The notes under the pieces: model-generated | Seen by the model: only the letters and a program-made list of their open reading frames with translations | Databases searched by the model: none | What the model was told of the DNA's origin: nothing | Program-made: the position numbers and the translations under genes | Source: Methylotenera sp. | Lineage (GTDB): Bacteria > Pseudomonadota > Gammaproteobacteria > Burkholderiales > Methylophilaceae | Assembly: GCA_036567185.1 (NCBI GenBank) | Contig: DATCVB010000026.1 | Location: 4,935 to 68,934, forward strand | Reading direction: 5' to 3' | DNA length: 64,000 nucleotides | Shown here: in pieces, positions 10,261 through 20,707 of the stretch | How the letters are laid out: each line of letters starts with the position of its first letter | Numbering within the stretch: the first letter of the stretch is position 1

Positions 10261-11664
10261 TCATTCACGACCATATTGATCTTGAAATCGAACGATATCA
10301 TCTTCACCAACATATGCGCCACTCTGAACCTCAATCATGACCAGCTCAGTATTACCTGGATTCTCAAGGCGGTGTTTATGTCCAGCCGGAATGTAAGTGG
10401 ATTCGTTCACATTAACGACATACTCCAGCTGCTCGTTTGTAACCTTGGCTATTCCGCTCACCACAACCCAATGCTCGCTGCGATGTTGATGTAACTGCAG
10501 GCTGAGTTTATTGCCAGGCTTAACAATGATGCGTTTGATTTTGAAATGCGGCCCCTCTCCGAGCACACAATAAGTTCCCCATGGCCGTTGCACCGTAAGA
10601 TGCGTTTCAGCCAGCGACGAATATCGTAATTTGACCTCATCAACAAGCAACTTTACATTCTCGGCAGAATTACGATCACAAATAAGCGTAGCGTCAGCGG
10701 TACGAACAATAATCAGATTATTCACACCAAGTGCAGTGAGCACACCACTCTGGCTCCACAGCAAACTATTCTGGGTACCAAGACAAACCACCTCACCGTT
10801 GATGACATTATTATCAGTATTTTTGGTATGGCGCTGATAAATAGACTCCCAGTTACCCAGATCACTCCATGCCATGTCTACCGGCACGACCGCAACGTTA
10901 TCAGCCAGCTCAACCAAGCCATGATCCATGGAAATACTGGGCAATAACTGATATTGATCTGCTATGTTATCTTCATTGATCCCAGCCAGAATGGATGAAA
11001 CTTCAGGTTGATAACGCTCTAGAAGCTGCATAAAAACATCCGCACGGAACACGAACATACCGCTATTCCAGAGATAGCCGGCTTCTACGAATTTTTCGGC
11101 ATTTTCCTTATTGGGTTTTTCAACAAATGACAAAACAGAGCTGACGTGCAACGCGCCATCAGCTAAGCTTAAAATAGCGCCTGGTTGAATATATCCGTAT
11201 CCAGTTGCCGGCTCTGAGGGTTTAATGCCTAAAAGTGTAAGATAACCTTCTTTAGCGCCTATTTCAGCAGCATCCCAAGCTGCAATAAAAGCAGCTTCAT
11301 TATCAATAGCATGATCCGATGCAAAAACACCAACAATAGCCGTGGGATCAATTTCATAGATATTTTTAACTGCAATTGCAATTGCAGGCAGGGTATTTTT
11401 TGCGATAGGTTCTGCAATAACGCCACTCACCGCATCAGGCAAAACCTCTGCCAACTGGCCCTTTACCTCAAAACGATGACTGTCGTGAGTCACCGTAATC
11501 AGGTGGCTGGCAGCTACTTTTTGGTTAATACGCAGCGCAGTTTGCTGCAATAGCGTTCTATCACCATTAAGCGGCAGTAGATGTTTTGGCTTAAGTGAGC
11601 GCGAGAGCGGCCATAATCGTGTACCAGAACCACCACATAAAATTACAGCGAAACGATTTAACAT
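10261..11664 (-). CDS. manC: Mannose-1-phosphate guanylyltransferase / mannose-6-phosphate isomerase
   Basis: GGSGTRLWPLSR, FVEKP, WNSGMF, WSDLG, C-terminal cupin (RPWG, SLQLHQHRSEHW); ATG at 11664 preceded by GAGG. Confidence 0.92.
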   Translation of the reverse strand: MLNRFAVILCGGSGTRLWPLSRSLKPKHLLPLNGDRTLLQQTALRINQKVAASHLITVTHDSHRFEVKGQLAEVLPDAVSGVIAEPIAKNTLPAIAIAVKNIYEIDPTAIVGVFASDHAIDNEAAFIAAWDAAEIGAKEGYLTLLGIKPSEPATGYGYIQPGAILSLADGALHVSSVLSFVEKPNKENAEKFVEAGYLWNSGMFVFRADVFMQLLERYQPEVSSILAGINEDNIADQYQLLPSISMDHGLVELADNVAVVPVDMAWSDLGNWESIYQRHTKNTDNNVINGEVVCLGTQNSLLWSQSGVLTALGVNNLIIVRTADATLICDRNSAENVKLLVDEVKLRYSSLAETHLTVQRPWGTYCVLGEGPHFKIKRIIVKPGNKLSLQLHQHRSEHWVVVSGIAKVTNEQLEYVVNVNESTYIPAGHKHRLENPGNTELVMIEVQSGAYVGEDDIVRFQDQYGRE

Positions 11665-11872
11665 TGAGACCTCTATATTTTTCACTGATTAATGTTTTAC
11701 AGACGGTCATAATTATAATTTTTATGTACAAATCAAAATCAATTGCTTAGTTATAAAACTCTAAAGCAACAATTATTTGACTATTTTTTCGATTTTACAT
11801 CGATGTAACATGTATTTCATTCAGTTTATATTGTGCCAAACAAAACTGAAAACTTAGCCTGCCGCGAGAACG

Positions 11873-12721
11873 CTAAATCAATTCACTAACCAGCAGCGTA
11901 GCCACAGTTAAATCAGCGCTAGTACCTGGATTGATAGCGCGCTGTTTGAGTGAGGCATCCCAATCCAGCAGCCTTTTTTGCACCAGCTTAGGGTTTTCTG
12001 CTGTGCTGTGCATGTGTTCAAACTCAATAGACTCTTGCCTGATAGTTTCAGCAAAAGATTCTCCGTATTTACGCACAATATGTGTATCAGGGTAATGCGC
12101 TAGAAAAGCCAGATACAAAGCCGTAGCAGACCATGCCGGATTTACCCATTTAATCATGGCGTCAGCATAACGTGATAACCCGAACTCCATAATGTCCTGA
12201 AAATTGTTGGCATACTGCCATGCAATGCGGTCTTTATCCTGCGCAGCAGTCATCATTTTCAGCAAGTTTACGTTGGGTATTTCACGTACATCGTATTGAG
12301 CCGCACTGCCCAAACCACCGGGGCTCGCCAGCACAATCGCTCTTGACACACATTCGGCATCATGAATGGTTAGCGCAGATAATGTCTGGTTTAAACTTTG
12401 CTGTAATGATTGACCATTAGTTAAGCGTAGTGCCGCATCTATGATAGGCGCACATAACAGCAGCACACCAAGATTAGTGTTTTGCCCAACCGCATTTTTA
12501 GTAGCTTCTGCCGCATAAAATATACGTTCACCTAGCGTTAAATCTGCACGAGTAATAATTTCGGCTGTCACATCTGCGCTTTGAATAAAATCATCAATAG
12601 TCATGCCGTGGCCGTCGGAAAATGCGTGCACATTACCTGGCTTTAATGCCTGCAGCTCTGCCATGCATGCCGTTTTATAGGCTTTGGCTAATTGCACAGA
12701 AGTGTATTTTTTTGACTGCAT
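11873..12721 (-). CDS. CitG-like triphosphoribosyl-dephospho-CoA synthase family protein (Orf7 of the H4MPT cluster)
   Basis: KPGNVH, NTNLG, NPGTSADLTVA; position after mch-orf5. Confidence 0.85.
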   Translation of the reverse strand: MQSKKYTSVQLAKAYKTACMAELQALKPGNVHAFSDGHGMTIDDFIQSADVTAEIITRADLTLGERIFYAAEATKNAVGQNTNLGVLLLCAPIIDAALRLTNGQSLQQSLNQTLSALTIHDAECVSRAIVLASPGGLGSAAQYDVREIPNVNLLKMMTAAQDKDRIAWQYANNFQDIMEFGLSRYADAMIKWVNPAWSATALYLAFLAHYPDTHIVRKYGESFAETIRQESIEFEHMHSTAENPKLVQKRLLDWDASLKQRAINPGTSADLTVATLLVSELI

Positions 12722-12731
12722 AGTCTTAACC

Positions 12732-13640
12732 TTATTGCTTAAAGCAGCTTACTGTTGAAGATTCCAATTTACATAAAAAATCATCCACCAGCACTTCTGC
12801 AATATTAAAATCTGTCACGCCCTGCAGGCCGCGCCATGCCGGAATACTGTTTACCTCCAGCACATAATAATCACCGCTTGCAGCCTGAATAATGTCTACA
12901 CCACAATAATCGATATCCACGGCATGTGCCGCTTTTAAAGCTATCACCTGCATCTGCTGGCTTGGCTGTATCGCTTCACAGCGACCACCCGATGCTACAT
13001 TATTGACCCAGCTTTCACCCAGGCGCTTCATCGCGGCAACCACTTTGCCACCAATCACGAATACGCGATAATCATGCGGCTTATCTGCGGTCTCAATCAA
13101 TTGCTGCACATAGTAAACGCCATCTACATACTGCTGCATGGGTACCGGCAATGGTTCACTATGCAATAGTTTACGCACACCCTGCCCCTGCGAACCGAAT
13201 AATGGCTTCAGTACCAGCTGCTGATTATTTTTAATCGCCTGCTCACGAATGGCTTCTATCTGCGCTCTCGACTCGCACACCCAGGTTGCAGGTGTAGCCA
13301 CGCCATGCATGCGCAGCAGAAAGCTGGTCATGGCTTTATCTACGGTCCGCTCTATCGCCTGCGCCTGATTGTAGATACGCACGCCCTGCCGTGTCAGCAT
13401 ATGCAGCACATTCAAGCGTGTTATCACTTGCTGCAAAGTACCGCCGGAAACACCGCGCACAAAGGCAGCGGGCGGCAGCGTATCGAAATGCGGAATTTGG
13501 ATTTCAGGAGTTTGCTGCGCCAGATTGATGACACAATCCTGCAGTGAAACAAAAACTGCTTCTACGCCACGCGGCGCAAAGGCTTGCTTGAGCTGGGCGC
13601 CCTGCCAGCCCGCATCGTCAGTAAATATAGGGATGCGCAC
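12732..13640 (-). CDS. RimK-family ATP-grasp alpha-L-glutamate ligase (Orf5 of the H4MPT cluster)
   Basis: KPLFGSQGQG, DYRVFV, GVDII, EVNSIPAWRGLQ. Confidence 0.88.
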   Translation of the reverse strand: MRIPIFTDDAGWQGAQLKQAFAPRGVEAVFVSLQDCVINLAQQTPEIQIPHFDTLPPAAFVRGVSGGTLQQVITRLNVLHMLTRQGVRIYNQAQAIERTVDKAMTSFLLRMHGVATPATWVCESRAQIEAIREQAIKNNQQLVLKPLFGSQGQGVRKLLHSEPLPVPMQQYVDGVYYVQQLIETADKPHDYRVFVIGGKVVAAMKRLGESWVNNVASGGRCEAIQPSQQMQVIALKAAHAVDIDYCGVDIIQAASGDYYVLEVNSIPAWRGLQGVTDFNIAEVLVDDFLCKLESSTVSCFKQ

Positions 13641-13659
13641 GCAATTAACCTGAAGCGAT

Positions 13660-14640
13660 TCAAGAGAATGAAAGATTAATTAAATCTGCATTCAGATAGC
13701 CGCCTGCAAACACATTGCCAGTATCTACGTTGGTAACAGTGACTTTGGCCGGGCTGAACAGCATCGGGTCAATCTTATAAAAGTCCATTTCGTAAAATTT
13801 AAATACCTCGGCAAAGGTTTTACCGTAATCTTTTGAAGCGCTGCTAGGCAGATCGGCAGCCAGTTTTGCAGCGGCCTCATCATCGCCACGCACCTGCAGA
13901 TGCACATCGCCACCGAACAGAATCGCATCATTGGTACGGCCCATTGCCGTCATAAAGTCTTTAGCCACCGGAGGCAGCACCGCCAAGCCGGAGCCGCTCA
14001 CAATATTTTCCAGCGGAAAATGCAAGGTATGTGCTTTGTGCAGCGCAACTTCGAGCACGCGACCAACGATTTGCACCACACCGGCAATACTACTGGTTGG
14101 CGTTAAAATAACGACCAGGTGTTCGGCGGGGATTTTTGTATCACGCACAATCTTTTCAATCACCTGCAGCGGTGGCACTTTATCGGTTTCCAGCACTATG
14201 CAAGTGCTGGCAGCACTATCAACATAAGCCAGCTCTTTGAATAAATCTTCACGCTGCGCCAATGCTCGTGCCGGGCCAGAACCCAATGAGAAAAATTTTT
14301 CATGGCTCAAGGCCCAACCGGCATATTGGCTGGCGAGGCAAGCCAACACCGGAGACGTGGAAGTCACAGCAACTGCATCAGTCCAGCCAGAAAAACGGTC
14401 ATCAGTCTGTAAAGTAACATGACCAAGACCGCCCATGCATATTTCGGCAATCAGCCTGCCAGCCTCCGCGCTACCGGCATGTTGAATACCGGCATCAACG
14501 ATAGTACAGCCGGACTCATGCGTCGAGACGCCAAGCTGCAGCGTATCTGCCTGCGCTAACAATTGACTAACCAAAGGTGCCGCAAGCTGATTAACACTTG
14601 CCTGTTGTTTTGATGATGGTGACGTCTGTGTGTTTTGCAC
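13660..14640 (-). CDS. mch: Methenyltetrahydromethanopterin cyclohydrolase
   Basis: ICMGGLG, CLASQYAGW, LGSGPARALA, MGRTNDAILFGG, FYKIDPMLFSPA; GTG start. Confidence 0.95.
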   Translation of the reverse strand: MQNTQTSPSSKQQASVNQLAAPLVSQLLAQADTLQLGVSTHESGCTIVDAGIQHAGSAEAGRLIAEICMGGLGHVTLQTDDRFSGWTDAVAVTSTSPVLACLASQYAGWALSHEKFFSLGSGPARALAQREDLFKELAYVDSAASTCIVLETDKVPPLQVIEKIVRDTKIPAEHLVVILTPTSSIAGVVQIVGRVLEVALHKAHTLHFPLENIVSGSGLAVLPPVAKDFMTAMGRTNDAILFGGDVHLQVRGDDEAAAKLAADLPSSASKDYGKTFAEVFKFYEMDFYKIDPMLFSPAKVTVTNVDTGNVFAGGYLNADLINLSFS

Positions 14641-14673
14641 TTTTATCCTTTATTTTCTGCAAATGTTTTTTAA

Positions 14674-15879
14674 TTAGTGGCTTTGCACGGGCATGCTAAC
14701 GCAGTTATTCGTGCAAGGGTCTTGGTTAAGTGATTGTAATAAATTTTGTATTATTTCAACTCTGCTTTGCGCTATTTTTTTCGCCATGTCAGCGCTATCA
14801 GCATATGCAAGCACCGTACAAACAGGCTCGCCGCTAGGTATCATGAACATCTTTTCACTGAGTTGCGGTGTATCAATGACCCAGTCCGGCCATAGCGTCG
14901 GCACTGAGAACGCTATTTGTTCTGCAGCATAAACGATTGCATGCGCTTTGCACTGTAGATTTAACTGATGCGCCTCATTTTGATTCAGATCATCATTATT
15001 TAAACAAATATTGGTTAACCAAACATTAACGTGCCGCTCAAACAGATTCTTTTCTGCGCAGCTATATAGATCAACCGTTGCGCTTAACCTGGGGTTGATT
15101 TCCAGAACAAACACCTGACCATCCTGCCCTACTGCATTGACAGTCTCATCTACAATGGCATCCAGACTATTCAGCCCCAGTAAACCAAATTCTCTGGTCA
15201 ATTTTTGCGCGGCATTAATCAGCTGCTGCTGAACACCAGTCGACAATTCCACATTGCTTACAGCCCCGCCATAACGAAATGGAGCATCCGCTGATGGACT
15301 CAGCCACTGCTCGTTAAAACCGATCACTTCAATATCATGCTTATCAGCCAGAAATAGTAATGACACCGGCCGCCCATTAATTTTTAGCTGATAATAATAT
15401 TTATCCGTCAGTAAATACGTGTGCGAGTTAGCTGAACGTATATGCGTACCGCCACTACCGCCAACTAACTTAACCAGATAATCATCTGAATAATCTTCAG
15501 GATATAAATAACAAACGTCCGGATGGTTAATATTCAACTGCTGTAATGCTGCAAAAAAAACCGCTGGGATTTTTACGGCTGTAACAGTGTCAGCAGAATT
15601 ACCAATCAGGGGTAACTGTGCACCTATTTTGAGCAACAGCTCCGGCTGTGCCTCAAAGCCACTGCCATAAACAAAACCAATAAACCGACTTAAATCCATG
15701 GCATCAAGCGCGACCATCAGCGCATTCGCATCGAAGCCCTGCCTGCCGTACGCAATGGCTATCGATTTTTCGGCTAAGGCAACAGTCTGCTCATCGGCGA
15801 ACGCATCTATTGCGGTAACGGCGTAACCAGCCTTAACTGCAGCCTCAACAAACGGACGTGCCGACAGCGCTATTATCAG
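14674..15879 (-). CDS. OrfY ATP-grasp protein of the H4MPT cluster
   Basis: YGSGFE, LIGN, GGSGG, EINPRLSAT. The frame stays open upstream of the called ATG (15717) through LIIALSARPF..AGY..IDAFAD; a CTG start at 15879 is proposed. Confidence 0.8.
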   Translation of the reverse strand: MIIALSARPFVEAAVKAGYAVTAIDAFADEQTVALAEKSIAIAYGRQGFDANALMVALDAMDLSRFIGFVYGSGFEAQPELLLKIGAQLPLIGNSADTVTAVKIPAVFFAALQQLNINHPDVCYLYPEDYSDDYLVKLVGGSGGTHIRSANSHTYLLTDKYYYQLKINGRPVSLLFLADKHDIEVIGFNEQWLSPSADAPFRYGGAVSNVELSTGVQQQLINAAQKLTREFGLLGLNSLDAIVDETVNAVGQDGQVFVLEINPRLSATVDLYSCAEKNLFERHVNVWLTNICLNNDDLNQNEAHQLNLQCKAHAIVYAAEQIAFSVPTLWPDWVIDTPQLSEKMFMIPSGEPVCTVLAYADSADMAKKIAQSRVEIIQNLLQSLNQDPCTNNCVSMPVQSH

Positions 15880-16823
15880 GATGGATTTTTTGATAATTCG
15901 CGTGCCAGGCTAAATGCTGCCATGAAGTCAAGATACTTGATTTTATGCCCGAGTTTATCTTGGGGGTTATCCTGAGATTTATCCTGCTCTTGCGGCAGCA
16001 TTTGTTTTAACAACTGATGCTGTGTTGCATACTTAAGCTGACCGATCGCCAGTGCTCCGATGCCGTAAATATTTGTACCAGCAACCTGCACGCCATCATG
16101 ACTAACATCCACCCCTTGCACACCGTTAGGTGCAACCGCATTCACATCTGCGACAATTTTAAGGCGCTTGGTCTGCATTAGCTGCTCAACGCTGATGACC
16201 TGCACTCCAGCTGCAGCCGCACAGATGACAATATCCGTTTGCGCCAGAACCTCGGCTTTTTTGGCATCGCTGCTACCATCAAGCGCCTGTAAGTTAATGT
16301 TATATTCGGTGTTCCAAGCCTCGGCCTTTGCCTGAACCCTTGCTAATGAATTATGTGCAACAAGCTGTACGTTTGCGCCTTGCTGGGCCGCAATAATCGC
16401 AGCGCAGCCACCTACCGGCCCTGTGGCACCAAACACACTCAGTGTTTTGCCATTTAAATCTTCACCAAACTTATCGTTGAGATGTGCTTCAACTTTGGCG
16501 ATCATTGCCGCAGCTGTAGTGAACGCACCGGAAGGATCAGCGAATACGGAACAGGCAAACGGAGCAAACATGGCATTTTTGGCTGCATGCAGCATTTGCA
16601 TGGCGAGGTCTATATCACGGCCGCCGATAAAAATACCTTCACGCTTCACGCCGGATGGGCTACGCGAAAAGATCGCATCCTGCGTCAGCCCGGCCACTTC
16701 AGACAATTCAACATTGGTGTACGGCACAATTTTATCGAAACCTGCGTCATACGCCATATTGACATCAAATGGGCTGGCATTTTTAGCTGCCGTAAACAAA
16801 TGCAAAATGCTGGGTTTTTCCAT
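15876..16823 (-). CDS. mtdB: NAD(P)-dependent methylene-H4MPT dehydrogenase
   Basis: SPFDVNMAYDAG, TQDAIFSRSP, FADPSGAFTTAAAM, GATGPVG, ADVNAV. Confidence 0.92.
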   Translation of the reverse strand: MEKPSILHLFTAAKNASPFDVNMAYDAGFDKIVPYTNVELSEVAGLTQDAIFSRSPSGVKREGIFIGGRDIDLAMQMLHAAKNAMFAPFACSVFADPSGAFTTAAAMIAKVEAHLNDKFGEDLNGKTLSVFGATGPVGGCAAIIAAQQGANVQLVAHNSLARVQAKAEAWNTEYNINLQALDGSSDAKKAEVLAQTDIVICAAAAGVQVISVEQLMQTKRLKIVADVNAVAPNGVQGVDVSHDGVQVAGTNIYGIGALAIGQLKYATQHQLLKQMLPQEQDKSQDNPQDKLGHKIKYLDFMAAFSLARELSKNPS

Positions 16824-16919
16824 AGCAACAACCTTAAAATATATTTAATTTAAATCCGAGCCGTTAAAATCCGGACTTTTAAATCTGAACCTTTGTAAAT
16901 CTCTACTTTGTGAATAAAT

Positions 16920-17894
16920 CTATACCTTAATTTCCGTACCTTGATTATTAGCTTTGCAGATTTTCCAGGACAAGGCTTGATCACTAAATTTCGTTTTCAG
17001 CTGCTGCGCGTATTGTTCCGCTGTGCTGCTATTTTCAAATATCGCAAAACCGGTTGGTCCCCAGGAGCTCTGTCCGAAACAGGCAACACCGGCTTGCTGC
17101 AGATAATGCAGCACATCGCCCACCAGCTTACTGGCGTAACGGCCGCCCTGCACCGGAGCGAAGTAATCACCCACATGCTGCTGCAATACTTGTATGGAAT
17201 GCCCGAAAGCGGTTAAATCTTTCTCGATAATCGCCGGCATGGCCTGCATCAATACATGTCGGCATAAATGCGCCGCCAGATTCTCAGAGAAAACCGGTAG
17301 CTGATTAAAACCCAACCTCTCCTGCTCGCCATGAATACCTGGCTGTGTCGCATCAAAAATCAGTAATATCGTCCACGCTTCCGGAAAGTGATATCGCGCC
17401 AGTAAAGGAGGCACCGCATTAGTATCAGCCGCAATACCACGCCCGCCATCAATTAACAACCCACCATGATCAAACGCGGCAATGCCAATACCGGAGCGCC
17501 TGCCGCGCCCGGACAGCTCCGCAATTTTCCTTGCACTTAAATCAAGCTGATATAAATTGCTGATGGCCGAACCTACCGCGAGCGCAATCTGTGTACCCGA
17601 GCCTAATCCGGCATGTTCAGGTATGTGCTCACTTATATGAAGGTCAAGCGCCCCATGCAAATTCAGCTTTGTTACTAACTGCTGCGCAATGGCAGAGGCT
17701 TTTGCAAGTACAGTGCCTGGCACCGAAACGTCACCTGTAACATTAAGGTGTTCAGAAGCATGCGCTTCAACAATCAGGGCTGGTTCTGCCAAACTTAAAC
17801 CTATGCTGCCGAATTTTCGTCCCAGCCCGCCATGCAGATCGAAAAAACCCATGTGTAGACGCCCGCTGCAGCGAACGTGTATGCTAGCAGTCAT
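16920..17894 (-). CDS. mptG: Beta-ribofuranosylaminobenzene 5'-phosphate synthase (GHMP superfamily)
   Basis: RLHMGFFDL..GRKFGSIG, HAGLGSGTQ, RSGIG, GQSSWGPT. Confidence 0.92.
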   Translation of the reverse strand: MTASIHVRCSGRLHMGFFDLHGGLGRKFGSIGLSLAEPALIVEAHASEHLNVTGDVSVPGTVLAKASAIAQQLVTKLNLHGALDLHISEHIPEHAGLGSGTQIALAVGSAISNLYQLDLSARKIAELSGRGRRSGIGIAAFDHGGLLIDGGRGIAADTNAVPPLLARYHFPEAWTILLIFDATQPGIHGEQERLGFNQLPVFSENLAAHLCRHVLMQAMPAIIEKDLTAFGHSIQVLQQHVGDYFAPVQGGRYASKLVGDVLHYLQQAGVACFGQSSWGPTGFAIFENSSTAEQYAQQLKTKFSDQALSWKICKANNQGTEIKV

Positions 17895-18277
17895 GTTTTT
17901 CCAATTGCCGAAGTGGCCAGACAGGCATATTATAAAATTTGAAGTGTTGCATGGTTAATTGTTGCATCATTGTAAGTGTTGTTTCCTGTTATGCAACTAT
18001 ATTTTAGCTGACAGTCAGTTATTTTCATATATCGCAAGCATGATGGCAAAAGAATAATTTAATCGATTTTCAACGTTTACTTAAAAGATTTATTTAATCT
18101 AAGCATTATCAGGTGACAACCTCCGCATAATTAGGCAAAATAAGACCTAACTAATAATAACTAACTATTTAATCACCCTTTTCCAAACGCATATTTCACA
18201 TATCTACTGCAATATGTTGGCCAAAAGCGGACTGAAAAAATTAATAAATTACTTGTTTGAACATCTAAGGAACTATC

Positions 18278-20650
18278 ATGTCAGCCCACGTTATTCCATT
18301 TGAAAACCTACGCAATATAGATGTACCTTCAGTCGGAGGTAAAAATGCTTCCTTAGGCGAAATGATTTCACAATTGTCCGCAAAAGGCGTGCGCGTCCCA
18401 ACAGGGTTTGCGACAACAGCAGATGCATACCGTGAATTTCTGGCCCAAAATGGTCTTGATGACAAAATCAATGCTGAGTTAGATAACTTAAACATAGATG
18501 ACACACAAGCATTAGCCATTTGCGGTAAAAAAGTTCGCGAATGGATTATGGAAGCACCGTTTCCAGCCGCTCTGGATAAAGCGATTAAAGAAAACTACGA
18601 GATTCTGATTGCTAAATCAGGTAAAGATGCAACATTCGCAGTGCGCTCATCAGCAACTGCTGAAGATTTACCAGACGCTTCGTTTGCCGGCCAACAGGAA
18701 TCTTTCCTGAATATTCATGGTTTAGACAACATTCTGCACGCGATCAAAGAAGTGTTCGCATCTCTTTATAACGACCGCGCAATTTCATACCGTGTACATA
18801 AAGGCTTTGTACACGCTGATGTAGCACTTTCAGCTGGTGTTCAGCAAATGGTCCGTAGTGATATCGGCTGTGCTGGCGTCATGTTCACAATCGATACTGA
18901 ATCTGGTTTTAAAGATGTGGTGTTTATCACTTCATCATACGGCTTAGGTGAAACTGTAGTGCAAGGCGCAGTGAACCCGGACGAGTTCTACGTGCACAAA
19001 CCGACACTGGCACAAGGCAAGCCTTCAATCGTGCGCCGCACTATGGGTTCAAAACTGATTAAAATGATATTCAGTGATGCAACGCGCGCAGGTAAAAGTA
19101 CGCAAACCGTCGATGTCGACCCAGTAGAGAGTGACCGTTACTCACTGTCAGACGCAGATGTTTTAGAGTTAGCACGTTATGCAATGCAAATTGAAGCCCA
19201 TTACGGCTGTCCAATGGATATCGAGTGGGGCAAGAACGGTATTGATAATAAACTGTACATTCTGCAGGCACGCCCGGAAACTGTTAAGTCACAACAAGCA
19301 GCAAACAATATAACTGAAACATTTAAACTCAATAAACACAGCGAAAAACCATTAGTGGTTGGTCGTGCGGTAACGCAAAAAGTTGGCGTGGGCCCGGTGC
19401 GTATCGTATTGGATCCAGCAGACATGCACCTGGTACAGCCAGGCGACGTTCTCGTAGCCGACATGACAGACCCTAACTGGGAACCGGTCATGAAGCGCGC
19501 TAGTGCTCTGGTGACTAACCGTGGCGGCCGTACCTGCCATGCAGCGATTATCGCGCGTGAATTAGGGATCCCGGCAATTGTAGGTGCAGTCAATGCAACT
19601 GATGTATTGCGTGAGGGCGAAATTGTTACTGTATCCTGTGCTGAAGGTGAATCAGGCTTTGTTTACCACGGCGCGATTGAATATGATGTAAACACTCAGG
19701 CCACAGCTGCCTTGAGCAAACCGCCATGCAAAATCATGATGAACGTAGGCAACCCGGATATGGCGTTCAGTTTTGCGCAAATCCCGAATGATGGTGTTGG
19801 CTTGGCACGTCTGGAATTCGTGATCAACAACATGGTTGGTATTCACCCGAAAGCGATCTTGAATGTAGATGCAATGCCATCGGCAGTGCAAACTATCGTA
19901 AAAAACCGTGCTCGCGGTTATGCTTCACCAAAACAGTTCTACATTGATAAAGTAGCTGAAGGTGTTGCTACGATTGCTGCCGCGTTCTATCCAAAACCAG
20001 TCATCGTGCGCACTTCAGACTTCAAATCTAACGAGTACAAAAAACTGGTTGGCGGCGAGATCTATGAGCCAGATGAAGAAAACCCGATGATCGGTTTCCG
20101 TGGTGCAGCGCGTTATATGGCAGAAGACTTTAAAGAGTGTTTTGCAATGGAGTGTGCAGCCATGAAAAAAGTACGCGATGAAATGGGCTTGGTTAACGTT
20201 GAGTTAATGCTGCCTTTCGTGCGTACTTTGGATGAAGCTAAAGCGGTGACTGAGATCATGGCGGCTAACGGCCTCAAACGCGGTGAAAATGACTTGCGCT
20301 TGATCATGATGTGCGAGATTCCATCTAATGCATTACTGGCTGAACAGTTCCTCGAATACTTCGATGGCTTCTCTATCGGCTCTAACGACCTGACTCAGTT
20401 AACATTGGGTATGGATCGTGACTCAGGTATTCTGGCTGATGGCTTTGATGAGCGTAACGATGCAGTAAAAGTATTGCTCAGAATGGCAATCAGCACCTGT
20501 AATCGTCTTGGTAAATATGTGGGTATCTGCGGTCAAGGTCCATCAGACCATGAAGACTTTGCTGAATGGCTGGTTGCCGAAGGTATTCAATCAGTATCAC
20601 TCAATCCAGACACAGTGGTTGCTACATGGCAGAGACTGACTAAGAAATAG
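18278..20650 (+). CDS. ppsA: Phosphoenolpyruvate synthase
   Basis: [21 protein letters not shown], phospho-His motif [18 protein letters not shown]. Confidence 0.97.
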   Translation: MSAHVIPFENLRNIDVPSVGGKNASLGEMISQLSAKGVRVPTGFATTADAYREFLAQNGLDDKINAELDNLNIDDTQALAICGKKVREWIMEAPFPAALDKAIKENYEILIAKSGKDATFAVRSSATAEDLPDASFAGQQESFLNIHGLDNILHAIKEVFASLYNDRAISYRVHKGFVHADVALSAGVQQMVRSDIGCAGVMFTIDTESGFKDVVFITSSYGLGETVVQGAVNPDEFYVHKPTLAQGKPSIVRRTMGSKLIKMIFSDATRAGKSTQTVDVDPVESDRYSLSDADVLELARYAMQIEAHYGCPMDIEWGKNGIDNKLYILQARPETVKSQQAANNITETFKLNKHSEKPLVVGRAVTQKVGVGPVRIVLDPADMHLVQPGDVLVADMTDPNWEPVMKRASALVTNRGGRTCHAAIIARELGIPAIVGAVNATDVLREGEIVTVSCAEGESGFVYHGAIEYDVNTQATAALSKPPCKIMMNVGNPDMAFSFAQIPNDGVGLARLEFVINNMVGIHPKAILNVDAMPSAVQTIVKNRARGYASPKQFYIDKVAEGVATIAAAFYPKPVIVRTSDFKSNEYKKLVGGEIYEPDEENPMIGFRGAARYMAEDFKECFAMECAAMKKVRDEMGLVNVELMLPFVRTLDEAKAVTEIMAANGLKRGENDLRLIMMCEIPSNALLAEQFLEYFDGFSIGSNDLTQLTLGMDRDSGILADGFDERNDAVKVLLRMAISTCNRLGKYVGICGQGPSDHEDFAEWLVAEGIQSVSLNPDTVVATWQRLTKK

Positions 20651-20707
20651 TCTTTGCATCGCACAACCGTTGCATCACTTGGACAACACAAGACTGGATA
20701 GCAGAGC

